From positions 448,001-512,000 of the forward strand of contig OZ245842.1 in assembly GCA_965228895.1 (NCBI GenBank): 64,000 nt of DNA. Direction: 5' to 3'. The stretch comes from Alphaproteobacteria bacterium (GTDB lineage Bacteria > Pseudomonadota > Alphaproteobacteria > SP197). This document shows, one piece after another, positions 18,568 to 28,545 of the stretch. The notes below the pieces were generated by a model. That model saw nothing but the letters and a program-made list of their open reading frames with translations, ran no database searches and had not been told where the DNA came from. The translations under genes were made by a program, and so were the position numbers. Every line of letters begins with the position of its first letter. Positions within the stretch are counted from its first letter, which is position 1.

Positions 18568-18679
18568 GATCGCACGTTTGATCCGTAGCGAAACCCACGT
18601 CCAGATGGCGAGCCGTCCAATCTTCCGTTGCTGATCGAATGTGGTTGAATCTTGATTACGCATGATTCACTTACATACC

Positions 18680-18807
18680 TAGAGCATTTTCCGATTAAGT
18701 TGCATCACCGTCCCGCTCCCCCACCCGGCCACCCATGGCAGCATCCTCGGGGTGGCCGGGTGGGGGAGCGGGCTGGCGCCGATTCCGTGCGAACGGAAAA
18801 TGCCCTA
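18680..18807. mobile_element. MITE/REP-like element (128 bp)
   Basis: Terminal IRs TAGAGCATTTTCCG / CGGAAAATGCCCTA (13/14) enclosing a perfect 23-bp stem (18712-18734/18750-18772). Confidence 0.7.
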
Positions 18808-19043
18808 CTCGGCTAGTGCGAATGCATCGGCTGATCGACTTATCAATTGCCGAGAACTCCGCCGCTCAAAGCGCCGATCCAACGTGAAGCCATCTCGACC
18901 GCACCCGACGCCGGAACGGAACGCCAACTGTCAAACGTCAAACATACACGCCAGCCATCGCTTGCCTCTCGACCTGATCGCGCGACACGTGTCTTGCAGT
19001 TACATCATTCAGGCCGAATGAGTCTCGTTTTCGTCACCACATC

Positions 19044-19238
19044 TCATTCCACCACCGGATAGCCCGCCTTTTCGATGATGGCGGCGAGCTGAGTATGGCT
19101 TGCGCTACTTTCGACGGTGACGGTGCCGGTTGTCAGGTCGGCATCGACCCGTGCCTGCGGGTCGATGCTTTGGACAGCCTTGGTCACAGTGCTCACGCAG
19201 TGGCCGCAGCTCATCTCCTCAACTTTGAACGTCTGCAT
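19044..19238 (-). CDS. copZ: Copper chaperone (HMA domain)
   Basis: MSCGHC, C-terminal AGY, 64 aa; GAGGA RBS. Confidence 0.92.
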   Translation of the reverse strand: MQTFKVEEMSCGHCVSTVTKAVQSIDPQARVDADLTTGTVTVESSASHTQLAAIIEKAGYPVVE

Positions 19239-19274
19239 CGCTTGTTTCCTCATTTGGTGGACCAAGATGAATCC

Positions 19275-19305
19275 AGTCTGCGACCTGCCTTCGCTGGAAG
19301 GTCAA
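19275..19305 (-). promoter_or_regulatory. CueR-type promoter (copZ)
   Basis: TTGACC-TTCCAGCGAAGGCAGGTCG(19)-CAGACT. Confidence 0.8.
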
Positions 19306-19355
19306 TCCCTTTTCGAACGGTAGCGCAACAATCACACGTTCGTGCTGGTAAGGCC

Positions 19356-19386
19356 TTGACCTTCCCGTAAGGGAAAGCACCACTTT
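19356..19386 (+). promoter_or_regulatory. CueR-type promoter (cueR1)
   Basis: TTGACC-TTCCCGTAAGGGAAAGCAC(19)-CACTTT. Confidence 0.78.
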
Positions 19387-19421
19387 TTGAGCAAGTGAGT
19401 TTTGATCCTGGGTGGTGATTG

Positions 19422-19853
19422 ATGCAGAGCGGACGATTTTCTATTGGCGAAGCAGCGCGGGCTGCAGGTGTGTCGGCCAAGATGGCACGTCACTACGAAA
19501 CGATAGGTCTGGTACCGCGGGCTGAGAGAACGGCTGGTGGTCTGCGCCTATTCAGTCCGGCCGCAGTTCACACGCTGCGTTTCATTGGCCGTGCGCGGTC
19601 GCTCGGTTTTCCCCTGGCAACCGTGCGCAAACTGCTGTCGCTGTGGCAGGATCCGAACCGCAGCAACACGGACACTCTTAGGCTTGCCAATCAGCACATG
19701 CAGGAACTCCTCGCTAAGGGCGTAGCTCTTTCCAGTATGGAGAAAGCATTGCAGGAGCTGATTGATGCCTGCGCGGGTGACGGGCGTCCTGAATGCCCGA
19801 TTCTGGACGACCTAGCCAGTGAGAGCCGGATGCCGAGGGACAGGACAAGCTAG
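19422..19853 (+). CDS. cueR: Cu(I)-responsive MerR regulator
   Basis: SAKMARHYETIGL; metal loop CAGDGRPECPIL. Confidence 0.9.
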   Translation: MQSGRFSIGEAARAAGVSAKMARHYETIGLVPRAERTAGGLRLFSPAAVHTLRFIGRARSLGFPLATVRKLLSLWQDPNRSNTDTLRLANQHMQELLAKGVALSSMEKALQELIDACAGDGRPECPILDDLASESRMPRDRTS

Positions 19854-19983
19854 GCACGGCGGGTCTGGATCTGCTCATACAAACTTTGCTCTTGCGCTGC
19901 CCTGTGGAAGGTCTGTCAGACGACAAAACGGCTGCCCGGATAGGAGCGGTCGGTATTTTGTCAACTCAACAAGGAGATCTGTC

Positions 19984-20382
19984 ATGGATCATGGCCTGCA
20001 AGTGCTCCAAAACCACGTGCACAGACCAAGTCAAAGCATCGAAGACTGTCTGAAAGCTTGCCTCGACTGCCTGCTGGCCTGCGCCGCTTGTACGGACGCC
20101 TGTCTGTCGGAATCCGATGCCTCGAGGCTTTCCGACTGTATCAGGTTGGATGTTGCCTGTGCCGCCGCCTGCACGGCAGCCATACCTATGCTGGTCGGCA
20201 GCGGGTCGGCCGCACTCGCAAACGTCGCAAAAGCGCAGTTGGCGGCTTGCTCGGCGGCGTGTCTGGCTTGTGAGGCGGAGTGCCGCAAACACGCCGACCA
20301 TCACAGTCATTGTGCACATTGCGCTGAGGCGTGTCAGGCATGCTATCTAGCGTGTGAGGCGGCGATCAAGACACTCAACTAG
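19984..20382 (+). CDS. Cys-rich four-helix-bundle copper storage protein (Csp3/DUF326-like)
   Basis: Repeated CxxxC/CxxC motifs, HADHHSHCAHC; no signal peptide; AGGAG RBS. Confidence 0.85.
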   Translation: MDHGLQVLQNHVHRPSQSIEDCLKACLDCLLACAACTDACLSESDASRLSDCIRLDVACAAACTAAIPMLVGSGSAALANVAKAQLAACSAACLACEAECRKHADHHSHCAHCAEACQACYLACEAAIKTLN

Positions 20383-20392
20383 CAAGAAGAGT

Positions 20393-20427
20393 GTTGGGGT
20401 CGGCGGGCGACGCCTGCCGACCCCGAC
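20393..20427 (+). terminator. Strong hairpin after the Cu-storage gene
   Basis: GTTGGGGTCGGCGGGC...GCCTGCCGACCCCGAC stem; no clear U tract. Confidence 0.5.
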
Positions 20428-20470
20428 GTCGGTCGGGATCACTTTTGTGAGACCGCGCCAAGTCCGACGC

Positions 20471-20501
20471 TTGACCTTCCCGTGAGTGGAAGCTCCATCT
20501 T
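20471..20501 (+). promoter_or_regulatory. CueR-type promoter (P1B ATPase 1)
   Basis: TTGACC-TTCCCGTGAGTGGAAGCTC(19)-CATCTT. Confidence 0.82.
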
Positions 20502-20535
20502 GGAATTCACAACGCGACAAAGATGGAGCCTCGCG

Positions 20536-23124
20536 ATGTTGAGAGAAGCGTCGTTCGGTCCGACGGGAACGCCGACTGCCACAACGGGTTCGGTCAAGGG
20601 TGAGACACTATCTCTCTCGCTCAGTATCGAGGGCATGACGTGTGCCTCGTGTGTAGCCCGCGTCGAACGAGCGATCAAAGCCGTGTCTGGCGTGACAGAT
20701 GCGTCGGTCAATCTCGCAACGGAACGCGCCGTCATAACGTTCGATCCTGAGACGCTTGATCCGGCCGCGGTATCGACTGCGATTCGCGATGCTGGATACA
20801 AGACCCGTAAGGAGACGATCATGCTGGCCGTGCGCGGCATGACTTGCGCCTCCTGTGTCGGGCGCATCGAAAAGGCATTGAACGCGGTGCCCGGTGTGCA
20901 CGCGGCACGCGTGAACCTTGCGACGGAGAGAGCGGAGATCGATGTGATCTCGCGCGCAGTCGAGGCCGGACAACTTGTCCAGGCGGTCCAAGGCGCGGGG
21001 TACGATGCCGAACCTGTTGGCGGCCTGTTGGACCACGTTGACCGGGAGCGAGAGACGCGCGAACGCGAAATCAAGACCTTGAGGCGGTGGGTGTTCCTGG
21101 CTGCGGTCCTCACCTTGCCGGTCTTCGTACTGGAGATGGGATCTCACGTCATTCCGGCCATGGATGACTGGGTCAAGGCGACGATTGGTCATCGCGAAAG
21201 CTGGCATGTGCAGTTTGTCCTGTCGACGCTTGTGCTGTTTGGGCCCGGTCTGGTGTTTTTCCGAAAGGGGATTCCGGCGCTTTTGCGCTGGGCGCCCGAC
21301 ATGAACGCTCTCGTTGCGCTCGGTACCGGCGCTGCCTGGTCCTATTCGGTCGTCGCGACATTTGTCCCCAATCTGTTGCCGGAAGGGGCCCATCATGTCT
21401 ACTACGAGGCGGCGACAGTCATTGTCACGCTGATCCTGGTGGGACGGTACCTGGAGGCACTGGCCAAGGGTCGGACGAGCGAAGCGATCCGCCACTTGAT
21501 GAGCATGCAAGCCAAGACAGCACGTGTGCTTCGTGATGGCCGGGAGATCGAGATCGACGCAGACCAGGTGATAGTGGGCGATCTTGTCCAAGTGCGCCCG
21601 GGCGAGCGCGTGCCCGTGGATGGCATGGTGGCGGGTGGACGTTCTTACGTGGACGAGTCAATGATTACCGGAGAACCGATCCCGGTTCTCAAGGAAGACG
21701 GTGCGGAGGTCGTGGGCGGCACCGTCAACAAGACAGGCGCATTCACTTTTCACGCCACCAAGATCGGCTCCGAAACGGTTCTGGCGCAAATCATACGCAT
21801 GGTCGAACAGGCGCAGGGATCGAAGTTGCCGATCCAGGCATTGGTCGATCGTGTCACCGGGGTATTCGTGCCGATCGTTATCGCCGTTGCGTTGGCCACC
21901 TTCGCCATCTGGTTCTTCCTCGGCCCTGAGCCAGCCCTGACCTTCGCGCTGGTCAACGCCGTTGCCGTGCTGATTATTGCCTGTCCGTGTGCCATGGGGC
22001 TCGCTACACCAACGTCGATCATGGTTGGCATGGGTCGCGCGGCAGAGATGGGGGTGCTGTTTCGTAAGGGAGAAGCTCTCCAAACCCTGCGCAACGTCGA
22101 AGTCATAGCATTCGACAAGACCGGCACCTTGACCCAAGGCAGACCTGAGTTAACAGATTTCGTTGTATCGACAGGTTTCGATGAAAGCGACGTCCTGCGT
22201 CTCGTAGCGTCGGTCGAGCACAGGTCTGAGCATCCGGTGGCCGAGGCAATCGTCGCGGCAGCAAGAGAGCGTGGTCTATCGCTATCCGACGCGCGAGACT
22301 TCGAAGCCGAGCCGGGGTTCGGCGTCGTTGCGATCGTCGATGGGACCCGCGTCGAGGTTGGCGCGGACCGCTACATGCAAAAACTGGGTCATAGCGTCGC
22401 GCCGTTCGAAGACGCGGCGAATCGCCTGGGCGACGATGCGAAGACGCCGCTCTACGCGGCCGTGGATGGAAAGCTCGCCGCAATTATCGCTGTCGCAGAC
22501 CCGATCAAGGAGGCAACATCGGTTGCCATTGCGGCGCTGCACGCCGAGGGGCTGCAGGTCGCGATGATCACCGGCGATAATCGACGTACGGCGGATGCAA
22601 TAGCGAAGATGCTCGGTATCGACGAGGTGTCTGCCGAGGTGCTGCCCGGCGGCAAGGTCGATTCGCTCAAAAACCTGCAACGCGGTGGGCGCAAGGTAGC
22701 CTTCGTCGGCGATGGTATCAATGATGCGCCGGCTCTGGCTCAGGCTGATGTGGGTATCGCCATCGGTACGGGGACGGACATTGCGATCGAATCTGCTGAC
22801 GTGGTGTTAATGTCGGGAGATCTGAGAAACGTTCCGAACGCTATCGCACTCAGCCGCGCGACGATGCGCAACATCAAGCAGAATCTGTTCTGGGCTTTTG
22901 CCTACAACGCCTGCCTCATTCCGGTGGCGGCGGGTGCGCTCTATCCGGCCTTTGGTCTGTTGCTGTCGCCGATTCTCGCAGCTGCAGCGATGGCCGCATC
23001 CAGCGTTTGTGTCCTGACCAATGCGCTGAGACTGAAACGTTTCCGAGCTCCGATTTCGCACAGCGGGGCGGTAAGGAACGACGCTGTGCTTGGTGCCGAC
23101 GGAGAACTTGCACGAGCGGCATAG
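20536..23124 (+). CDS. copA: Cu(I)-translocating P1B-1 ATPase
   Basis: Two GMTCASC domains, [28 protein letters not shown]. Confidence 0.96.
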   Translation: MLREASFGPTGTPTATTGSVKGETLSLSLSIEGMTCASCVARVERAIKAVSGVTDASVNLATERAVITFDPETLDPAAVSTAIRDAGYKTRKETIMLAVRGMTCASCVGRIEKALNAVPGVHAARVNLATERAEIDVISRAVEAGQLVQAVQGAGYDAEPVGGLLDHVDRERETREREIKTLRRWVFLAAVLTLPVFVLEMGSHVIPAMDDWVKATIGHRESWHVQFVLSTLVLFGPGLVFFRKGIPALLRWAPDMNALVALGTGAAWSYSVVATFVPNLLPEGAHHVYYEAATVIVTLILVGRYLEALAKGRTSEAIRHLMSMQAKTARVLRDGREIEIDADQVIVGDLVQVRPGERVPVDGMVAGGRSYVDESMITGEPIPVLKEDGAEVVGGTVNKTGAFTFHATKIGSETVLAQIIRMVEQAQGSKLPIQALVDRVTGVFVPIVIAVALATFAIWFFLGPEPALTFALVNAVAVLIIACPCAMGLATPTSIMVGMGRAAEMGVLFRKGEALQTLRNVEVIAFDKTGTLTQGRPELTDFVVSTGFDESDVLRLVASVEHRSEHPVAEAIVAAARERGLSLSDARDFEAEPGFGVVAIVDGTRVEVGADRYMQKLGHSVAPFEDAANRLGDDAKTPLYAAVDGKLAAIIAVADPIKEATSVAIAALHAEGLQVAMITGDNRRTADAIAKMLGIDEVSAEVLPGGKVDSLKNLQRGGRKVAFVGDGINDAPALAQADVGIAIGTGTDIAIESADVVLMSGDLRNVPNAIALSRATMRNIKQNLFWAFAYNACLIPVAAGALYPAFGLLLSPILAAAAMAASSVCVLTNALRLKRFRAPISHSGAVRNDAVLGADGELARAA

Positions 23125-23315
23125 GGGCGACAGCAGTTGCCTACCTACGGATAGCCCAAGTGTCAGGAAAAAGAGATACCCATAGTCTCGTCTTTGAGTC
23201 TTGGCCAAGTTGTACGTCGACTGTCGGTACAGCAACGGATCCTTGAACCAACCCCAGTTGCGACCGTGCGCAGATTCTAGCAGCGTTTTCGATTGCGCCG
23301 AAGCGTTGCGTCGAT

Positions 23316-24209
23316 CTAGGTGCTTGATCGACCCGAATCTCGTGCGCGATACGTGACCAACCAGACACCAAACACCGTTAGCATGATGCCGAGAATCTGC
23401 ACCCAACCCAGTGTCTCTCCGTAGAACATGATGCCCATCGTTAGGCCGAAAACTGGAATGAGAAAGCTAAACGCATTTGCCCAGTTGAGCGGCGTCGTCT
23501 CCAGGACGGAGAACCAAAGCCAATAGACGAGTGCTGTTCCGGGAAGTGCAAGGGCGATAAGGGCCCAGACGAACGTGAACGACCACCGGATGGACCCAGG
23601 TTCCTCCATGATCGCAGCGGCAAGCATGAGTGGGATGCCGCCGATCAACATCTGAAATCCCATGGTCATGAGACCATCGACGTTACCTGCCAGTCGCTTA
23701 ATCAAGACGTTGCTTGCCGTGATCCCCAGTGCGGCCAGCGTGATGTAAGCGACGCCGAGCAGATAGTCGGACTGATTGGCTGAGAAGAGTTCGGGTGACG
23801 TAATGACCAATATTCCACCGAATCCGAAAGCCATTCCAATCTTGCCACGTGCAGCAAGACGTTCGTCAAGGACCGCCACAGCGAGCGCAGCAGCCAGAAG
23901 TGGTTGAGTATTGGCGATCACTGTGGCCATGCCCGGAGAAATGAACTCCGCAGCATGGAACATGCCAAGAAAGCCCAAGCTTGTCGCACCAACACCAATG
24001 GCTGACACGATGGCCCAAGTTCGCGCTCCCCTGGGTAGAGGACGGCGATACGCAAAAGCCAGAATTGTTAGCGTCAGGCCCGCCAGAATTGCGCGCAAGG
24101 CGGCGAACGAGAGGTGAGGCGCCTCCTCGATACCGATACTGATAAGCGGAAAGCAGACCGCCCATAGCAGCATCACCAGAACAATCTTCGCAATTTTGGC
24201 CACAGTCAC
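23316..24209 (-). CDS. DMT/EamA transporter
   Basis: About 10 TM helices in two repeats; ANTQP and LIPVF motifs. Confidence 0.85.
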   Translation of the reverse strand: MTVAKIAKIVLVMLLWAVCFPLISIGIEEAPHLSFAALRAILAGLTLTILAFAYRRPLPRGARTWAIVSAIGVGATSLGFLGMFHAAEFISPGMATVIANTQPLLAAALAVAVLDERLAARGKIGMAFGFGGILVITSPELFSANQSDYLLGVAYITLAALGITASNVLIKRLAGNVDGLMTMGFQMLIGGIPLMLAAAIMEEPGSIRWSFTFVWALIALALPGTALVYWLWFSVLETTPLNWANAFSFLIPVFGLTMGIMFYGETLGWVQILGIMLTVFGVWLVTYRARDSGRSST

Positions 24210-24304
24210 TGGCGCTGTACCTCGTTCATCTGGAGCAAAACTCGAGTTTGGCGCGAGACCGGCATCGATTTCGGCAAGTCTTCGACACGTAGGGTAAAAA
24301 CAAT

Positions 24305-24332
24305 AGTAACGCGTCGCTGTTCAGACCGTCAT
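24305..24332 (+). promoter_or_regulatory. Putative ECF promoter
   Basis: AGTAAC-N16-CGTCAT upstream of the 24367 ORF. Confidence 0.55.
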
Positions 24333-24366
24333 ATGTAAGTTGTTTGGTTATCGAGGCGCCATCACC

Positions 24367-25080
24367 ATGATACCCGAAGCCTATGTTTGGCTGGTCTGGT
24401 CAAGTGTCTTCCTAGTGCCTTGGCTCTTGCTCTACATTGCATTTCCGGTCCACAGAAAGCCCATGATTTGGGCCAGTCTGTTCACCGCGCCGTTCGGCCT
24501 TACCGAGCCGTTGTTCGTACCGTCGTACTGGAATCCGCCTAGCTTGTTTGACCTGGCACGCCGAACTGGGTTCGATATCGAAAGTCTGATCTTCTGCTTC
24601 GGCATCGGTGGAATTGCTGCCGTTCTCTACAATGTTGTCACCAGCCACAGGGCTGAACCGCAAGCCGCAACGGAACGACATCAACCGCGGCATCGCTTCC
24701 ATCTTTGGGTGCTCGCTGCGCCTTTTCTGACGTTCCCCATCCTGTATGCCTTCCCTTGGAATCCCATCTATCCGGCAATTCTCGTCATGGCGCTTGGTGC
24801 CATCGCCACGCTGCTGTGCCGGCCAGACCTCATAAGAAAGACCTGGGTCGGTGGACTTTTGTTTTTGATCTACTATGCGGTTTTCCTCGTCGGGCTCGAA
24901 TGGACGGCGCCGGGCTACATCGCTCGGGTTTGGAACCTCAAGGCCTTATCAGGACTCTACGTCATTGGATTCCCGATCGAAGAACTCCTGTTTGCGCTCA
25001 CGTTCGGAGCTTACTGGTCGAGTGTGTACGAACACTTCACATGGAAGAGATCTGAATCGTCGATACGCCATACTGGGTGA
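24367..25080 (+). CDS. Lycopene-cyclase-domain-like membrane protein
   Basis: Two internally repeated membrane halves ending GFDIES and GFPIEE. Confidence 0.65.
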   Translation: MIPEAYVWLVWSSVFLVPWLLLYIAFPVHRKPMIWASLFTAPFGLTEPLFVPSYWNPPSLFDLARRTGFDIESLIFCFGIGGIAAVLYNVVTSHRAEPQAATERHQPRHRFHLWVLAAPFLTFPILYAFPWNPIYPAILVMALGAIATLLCRPDLIRKTWVGGLLFLIYYAVFLVGLEWTAPGYIARVWNLKALSGLYVIGFPIEELLFALTFGAYWSSVYEHFTWKRSESSIRHTG

Positions 25081-25200
25081 CAGGCTTGTACTCCCAAAAG
25101 AAATGACGGGCCGGTGCGCAACACGAACCGGGCTTGCCCTAAAGAACGTGTCCCGACGCCTACGTTGTTTCGAACTTCGATCGACACAAACGCAATACGT

Positions 25201-25584
25201 TTACTTGATACCGTTCGCTGCCTGCAGCTCGCGCACGTAGAGGATCAAGGCTAAGAGCTCCTCATCACCAACATCGGGCACCGGCTTCATATCACCAAAA
25301 CTCCAGTGGTGGGCCCGCGATCCCTCCCGTGCGGCCCGAACGAAGGCAGCATCGCTGTGATGATTCGGGTTGTAGAGGGGATGGATCAGCGGTGGACCAT
25401 CGGCCGTGCCTTCCGCCAAAGCGCCATGACAGGCCGCGCAGTGACGACCAAATGCGGCCTGGCCTGTGACGGCCGTCTCCGAGAGTTCAGGCACGACGAC
25501 GTCGACAATTAAGGGCTCGGCGTGCAATTGTGTTCCATAGATAGTTACTGCGATGACCAGCAGAACCAAGCTACACGCTTTCAT
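25201..25584 (-). CDS. Monoheme cytochrome c (His-cluster type), paralog 1
   Basis: CAACH, GPPLIHPLYNPNHHSD, AHHWSFGDM, YVRELQAANGI. Confidence 0.88.
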   Translation of the reverse strand: MKACSLVLLVIAVTIYGTQLHAEPLIVDVVVPELSETAVTGQAAFGRHCAACHGALAEGTADGPPLIHPLYNPNHHSDAAFVRAAREGSRAHHWSFGDMKPVPDVGDEELLALILYVRELQAANGIK

Positions 25585-25713
25585 CGCAAATCTTCGAGAA
25601 CATGACATCTTTTGTGCTCCACTCTGTCTAAGACTGTTCGTTTGACGGCACCACGGCCGGCCGATTCTCTTCCAACACGAGACCCATGATCTTCGTCTCG
25701 CCCAGCACACAGA

Positions 25714-26175
25714 CTACCCATCAGCACTGTGAACGTGCGCTTCAACATGCAGACGACTCCTGAGAAAGACGAGTTCGACGGGTATGGATTCACCTGGTGA
25801 AATGTCGCGCGTCAGGGGACCAAGTTCGATCCACAGATGCGAAGTCGTCAAGTCGAGATCATCGTTTGCTCGAACACTGATTGAATCGAAAGTCGTTGAC
25901 TGGTGATCGTCGATACGACCGACAATATGTGCGTCAGTCGCGAATGGCGTTTCAATGCCCAGCAGGTGGACGTGTTCTTGGCTGTCGTTGATGAGCCTAA
26001 GCCGCAGGACGCTATGACCACCTCGCAGCGAAGGAGTAGCCCAAACCTCCTCAATGACGATGTCGCCGTGATGATCCGGTGGTTCATCTGCCACAGCAAA
26101 ATCAGCCTTAGCAAACACGATGGAAAGTGCGGCGAGCGTGCACGGGATAACGGCGAGTCCCATTGGCTTTAACAT
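25714..26175 (-). CDS. PCuAC-like periplasmic protein (atypical ligands)
   Basis: Signal peptide; IEEVWA, L-x-N, HL, GESIPVELVF match the PCuAC pattern. Confidence 0.65.
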   Translation of the reverse strand: MLKPMGLAVIPCTLAALSIVFAKADFAVADEPPDHHGDIVIEEVWATPSLRGGHSVLRLRLINDSQEHVHLLGIETPFATDAHIVGRIDDHQSTTFDSISVRANDDLDLTTSHLWIELGPLTRDISPGESIPVELVFLRSRLHVEAHVHSADG

Positions 26176-26270
26176 GCGATCGACTCCTCTGAAGCCTTGA
26201 TCAACAGCGAGTTCATACGAATGCTTGTCTTTCGTTGTTTTCGATAGATTCTCTCCAACCGTGCCATGAG

Positions 26271-27629
26271 CTATAAGATCGGCTTCTGCGGGGCACATGG
26301 GCTGAAAGTTTTCCACCCGAGAGTGCCGACCAAGCCGTATGTGCCTGCAGGGCGCCCCGAATTGCTTGCCGCCTGAGATCGAGAATCAACTGCTGGCGCG
26401 ATGCGCTGTTGCTCGACGCGTGAAGATTTGAGCGCCTGATTCCCCGATGATGGCGCCTCGAGGAAGCGCCTAGTTTCGTCATAGCGCACCCGGACATCGG
26501 CCATTGTCTGATAGTACTTCAGGAGTTCGTTCAGTGGCGCGGAGAAGTCTTTGTGTGCAGTGAGAACGGCAACGAGTGCGCCAAACGTCAGGTTGCCATC
26601 TATAACCAGATAGCCACCAACCGTGTAGAAGAAGAAGGGTGTTAGTTGGTTGATGAAGTTGTTCAGTGACTTCATGAAGAACTTTTTTCGATAGAGTTCG
26701 AAGCGAATATCCGCAATTCGACGTAGCACTCCGGTAAACTGCTTGCGGTTATGGCCAGCTTCCGTCCAGCCCGTGCTGATCTCTCGACCTAACACGCCTC
26801 CAAGGCCGCGCATTTCGCGTGCACGTTGCCGAGAAAGCTCGTTGACCTTGCGTTGAAGCCGCGGAATGAGAGCTAACTGAACCGGGAGGAGTGTAATTGC
26901 CGCTGCGCCAAGTACTGGGTCTTGCACAAGCATGAACGCTAGAATGGTGAGGAATGTTCCGCCTTGAAACAGTGGCAACACGAACGCGTCTCCGGCGAAC
27001 CCACCAATTGGCTCGATCTCCTGCACGAGCATTGGAATGACCTCTGAGCGATCGCCCGGCGTATTGTTGCGTCGCCAGCTACGGTAGATTGTCAGACGCA
27101 GCCGTTTCAGCAGAGACTCAGCGACACGTCCCTTGTGAACGTTGATCGCGTACTTGATTGTTGCGTTTACCAGTATGACCAGCAGGTACAGGCCACAGAG
27201 CAAGAACAGGTAGCCAGCTTGTGAGAGTGATGAATCGACAACCTCGACTGGGAAGTGCCCGGAGGAGATGGCGTTGTTGATGATGAGTTTCGGTAGCTCG
27301 AGCCCGAAATAGAGAAGGGGTAGTGCAATTGCCGCTGTAACGAGAAGCAGAAACTGGCTGCGGCGGGTATGTCTTAGAACATAGCGGAAGACGTCAAGGG
27401 TGCTGGCATTGGGCGCTGAAGCCGTAGATGCCGCGTTAGCGTTTTTGCGCCGGCGGACGATTAGGCTCCGAATGACCTTAACGAGCCATACGCCGATCAA
27501 CAACAGAAGGGCGAACGGAGCGGCAATCAAGACCGCATGAAGTACGAACTCGAACCAAGGATTGGATCCCTCGAAGAGCCAGAAGCCGATCTCATGGCCG
27601 ACACCGTGTAGGCCGAGAAACTTGTCCAC
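26271..27629 (-). CDS. ABC exporter transmembrane-domain protein without NBD
   Basis: Exporter TMD features (LRLTIY, GGYLVIDGNLTFGALVA); no Walker A/B in ORF. Confidence 0.75.
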   Translation of the reverse strand: MDKFLGLHGVGHEIGFWLFEGSNPWFEFVLHAVLIAAPFALLLLIGVWLVKVIRSLIVRRRKNANAASTASAPNASTLDVFRYVLRHTRRSQFLLLVTAAIALPLLYFGLELPKLIINNAISSGHFPVEVVDSSLSQAGYLFLLCGLYLLVILVNATIKYAINVHKGRVAESLLKRLRLTIYRSWRRNNTPGDRSEVIPMLVQEIEPIGGFAGDAFVLPLFQGGTFLTILAFMLVQDPVLGAAAITLLPVQLALIPRLQRKVNELSRQRAREMRGLGGVLGREISTGWTEAGHNRKQFTGVLRRIADIRFELYRKKFFMKSLNNFINQLTPFFFYTVGGYLVIDGNLTFGALVAVLTAHKDFSAPLNELLKYYQTMADVRVRYDETRRFLEAPSSGNQALKSSRVEQQRIAPAVDSRSQAASNSGRPAGTYGLVGTLGWKTFSPCAPQKPIL

Positions 27630-27804
27630 CCTAACAGTACTCCATTCAAGCTACCGCCAACGCATCCGTGTCCCCCCTTCTTCAACAGAATCACATTGGC
27701 CTGGTTCTCAATACCGTCCTGCGTTTTCGGAACTCCAACAGGGCTGTGCGAGACCAATCGCCCTTATGCCGTGGCTCCGTTCCCGAACTGAATTGCGGCT
27801 TGCG

Positions 27805-28545
27805 TCAGAACCAGAAGCGCACACCTGCCACGACAGCGAACGTATCGACATCCTCACCCTCGGCGCGCGTCAGGTCTGCGGTTCTGCCGAGATCGCGTTC
27901 CCAGTTGACGCCGATATAGGGTGCAAACTCGCGTATGATCTCGTAGCGCAGTCTGAGGCCGAGCTCGACGTCGTTAATGCCCGAGCCGATACCGCGTTCC
28001 TCATCATCCTGAACGGCGGCGTTCATCTCGAAGGTCGGCTGAAGCACCACCTGTTGGGTCAGCAAGATGTCGTATTCGGCCTCGAACCTGCCGGAGACGT
28101 CGCCCTTGTTGCTGACGAAGGCTGCAGCATCGATCTCGAAGAAGTACGGCGCCAGGCCCTGAACGCCCAAAACGCCGAAGGTACGCTCTGGCTCCGGTGC
28201 GAAGTCGTAGCGCACGCCAATCTGCGCATCAAAGAAAGTCGAGATCTGTCGGCTGTACAGCGCCTGGACTTCTGCGTCCTCGAGCCGTCCGTCGATGGGC
28301 TGCTCGCCTTCGGTTTTCAGCCAAAGCTTTTCGACATCGCGGCCGACCCAGCCTTGAGCTTCCCAGTTGAAGCTGTCTTCGCCATCGTTGAAGCGATACT
28401 CGAACTGCTCCGCCTGGATGAAGTAGTGGAGCGGATCCGGTTCGCCGGCCTGTGCCACGTGAGCCAGAGGGGCGGTAGCGGCGACGCCCGCAACAACCAG
28501 GATTGCAAACCGCCGCCGCGGCCCAGATATGAGCAAGCCGGTCAT
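27805..28545 (-). CDS. copB: Copper resistance protein B (outer membrane)
   Basis: WLKTEG, EAEYDILLTQ, LRLRYEI, FAPYIG, C-terminal GVRFWF. Confidence 0.93.
   Translation of the reverse strand: MTGLLISGPRRRFAILVVAGVAATAPLAHVAQAGEPDPLHYFIQAEQFEYRFNDGEDSFNWEAQGWVGRDVEKLWLKTEGEQPIDGRLEDAEVQALYSRQISTFFDAQIGVRYDFAPEPERTFGVLGVQGLAPYFFEIDAAAFVSNKGDVSGRFEAEYDILLTQQVVLQPTFEMNAAVQDDEERGIGSGINDVELGLRLRYEIIREFAPYIGVNWERDLGRTADLTRAEGEDVDTFAVVAGVRFWF

Noticed and set aside
18752-19062. ORFs between the MITE-like element and copZ
   Set aside because: No motifs or RBS; likely degenerate non-coding junction DNA
19885-19915. Possible CueR box before the Cu-storage gene
   Set aside because: Only the GGAAGGT half-site is clear and the -35 is poor; not counted
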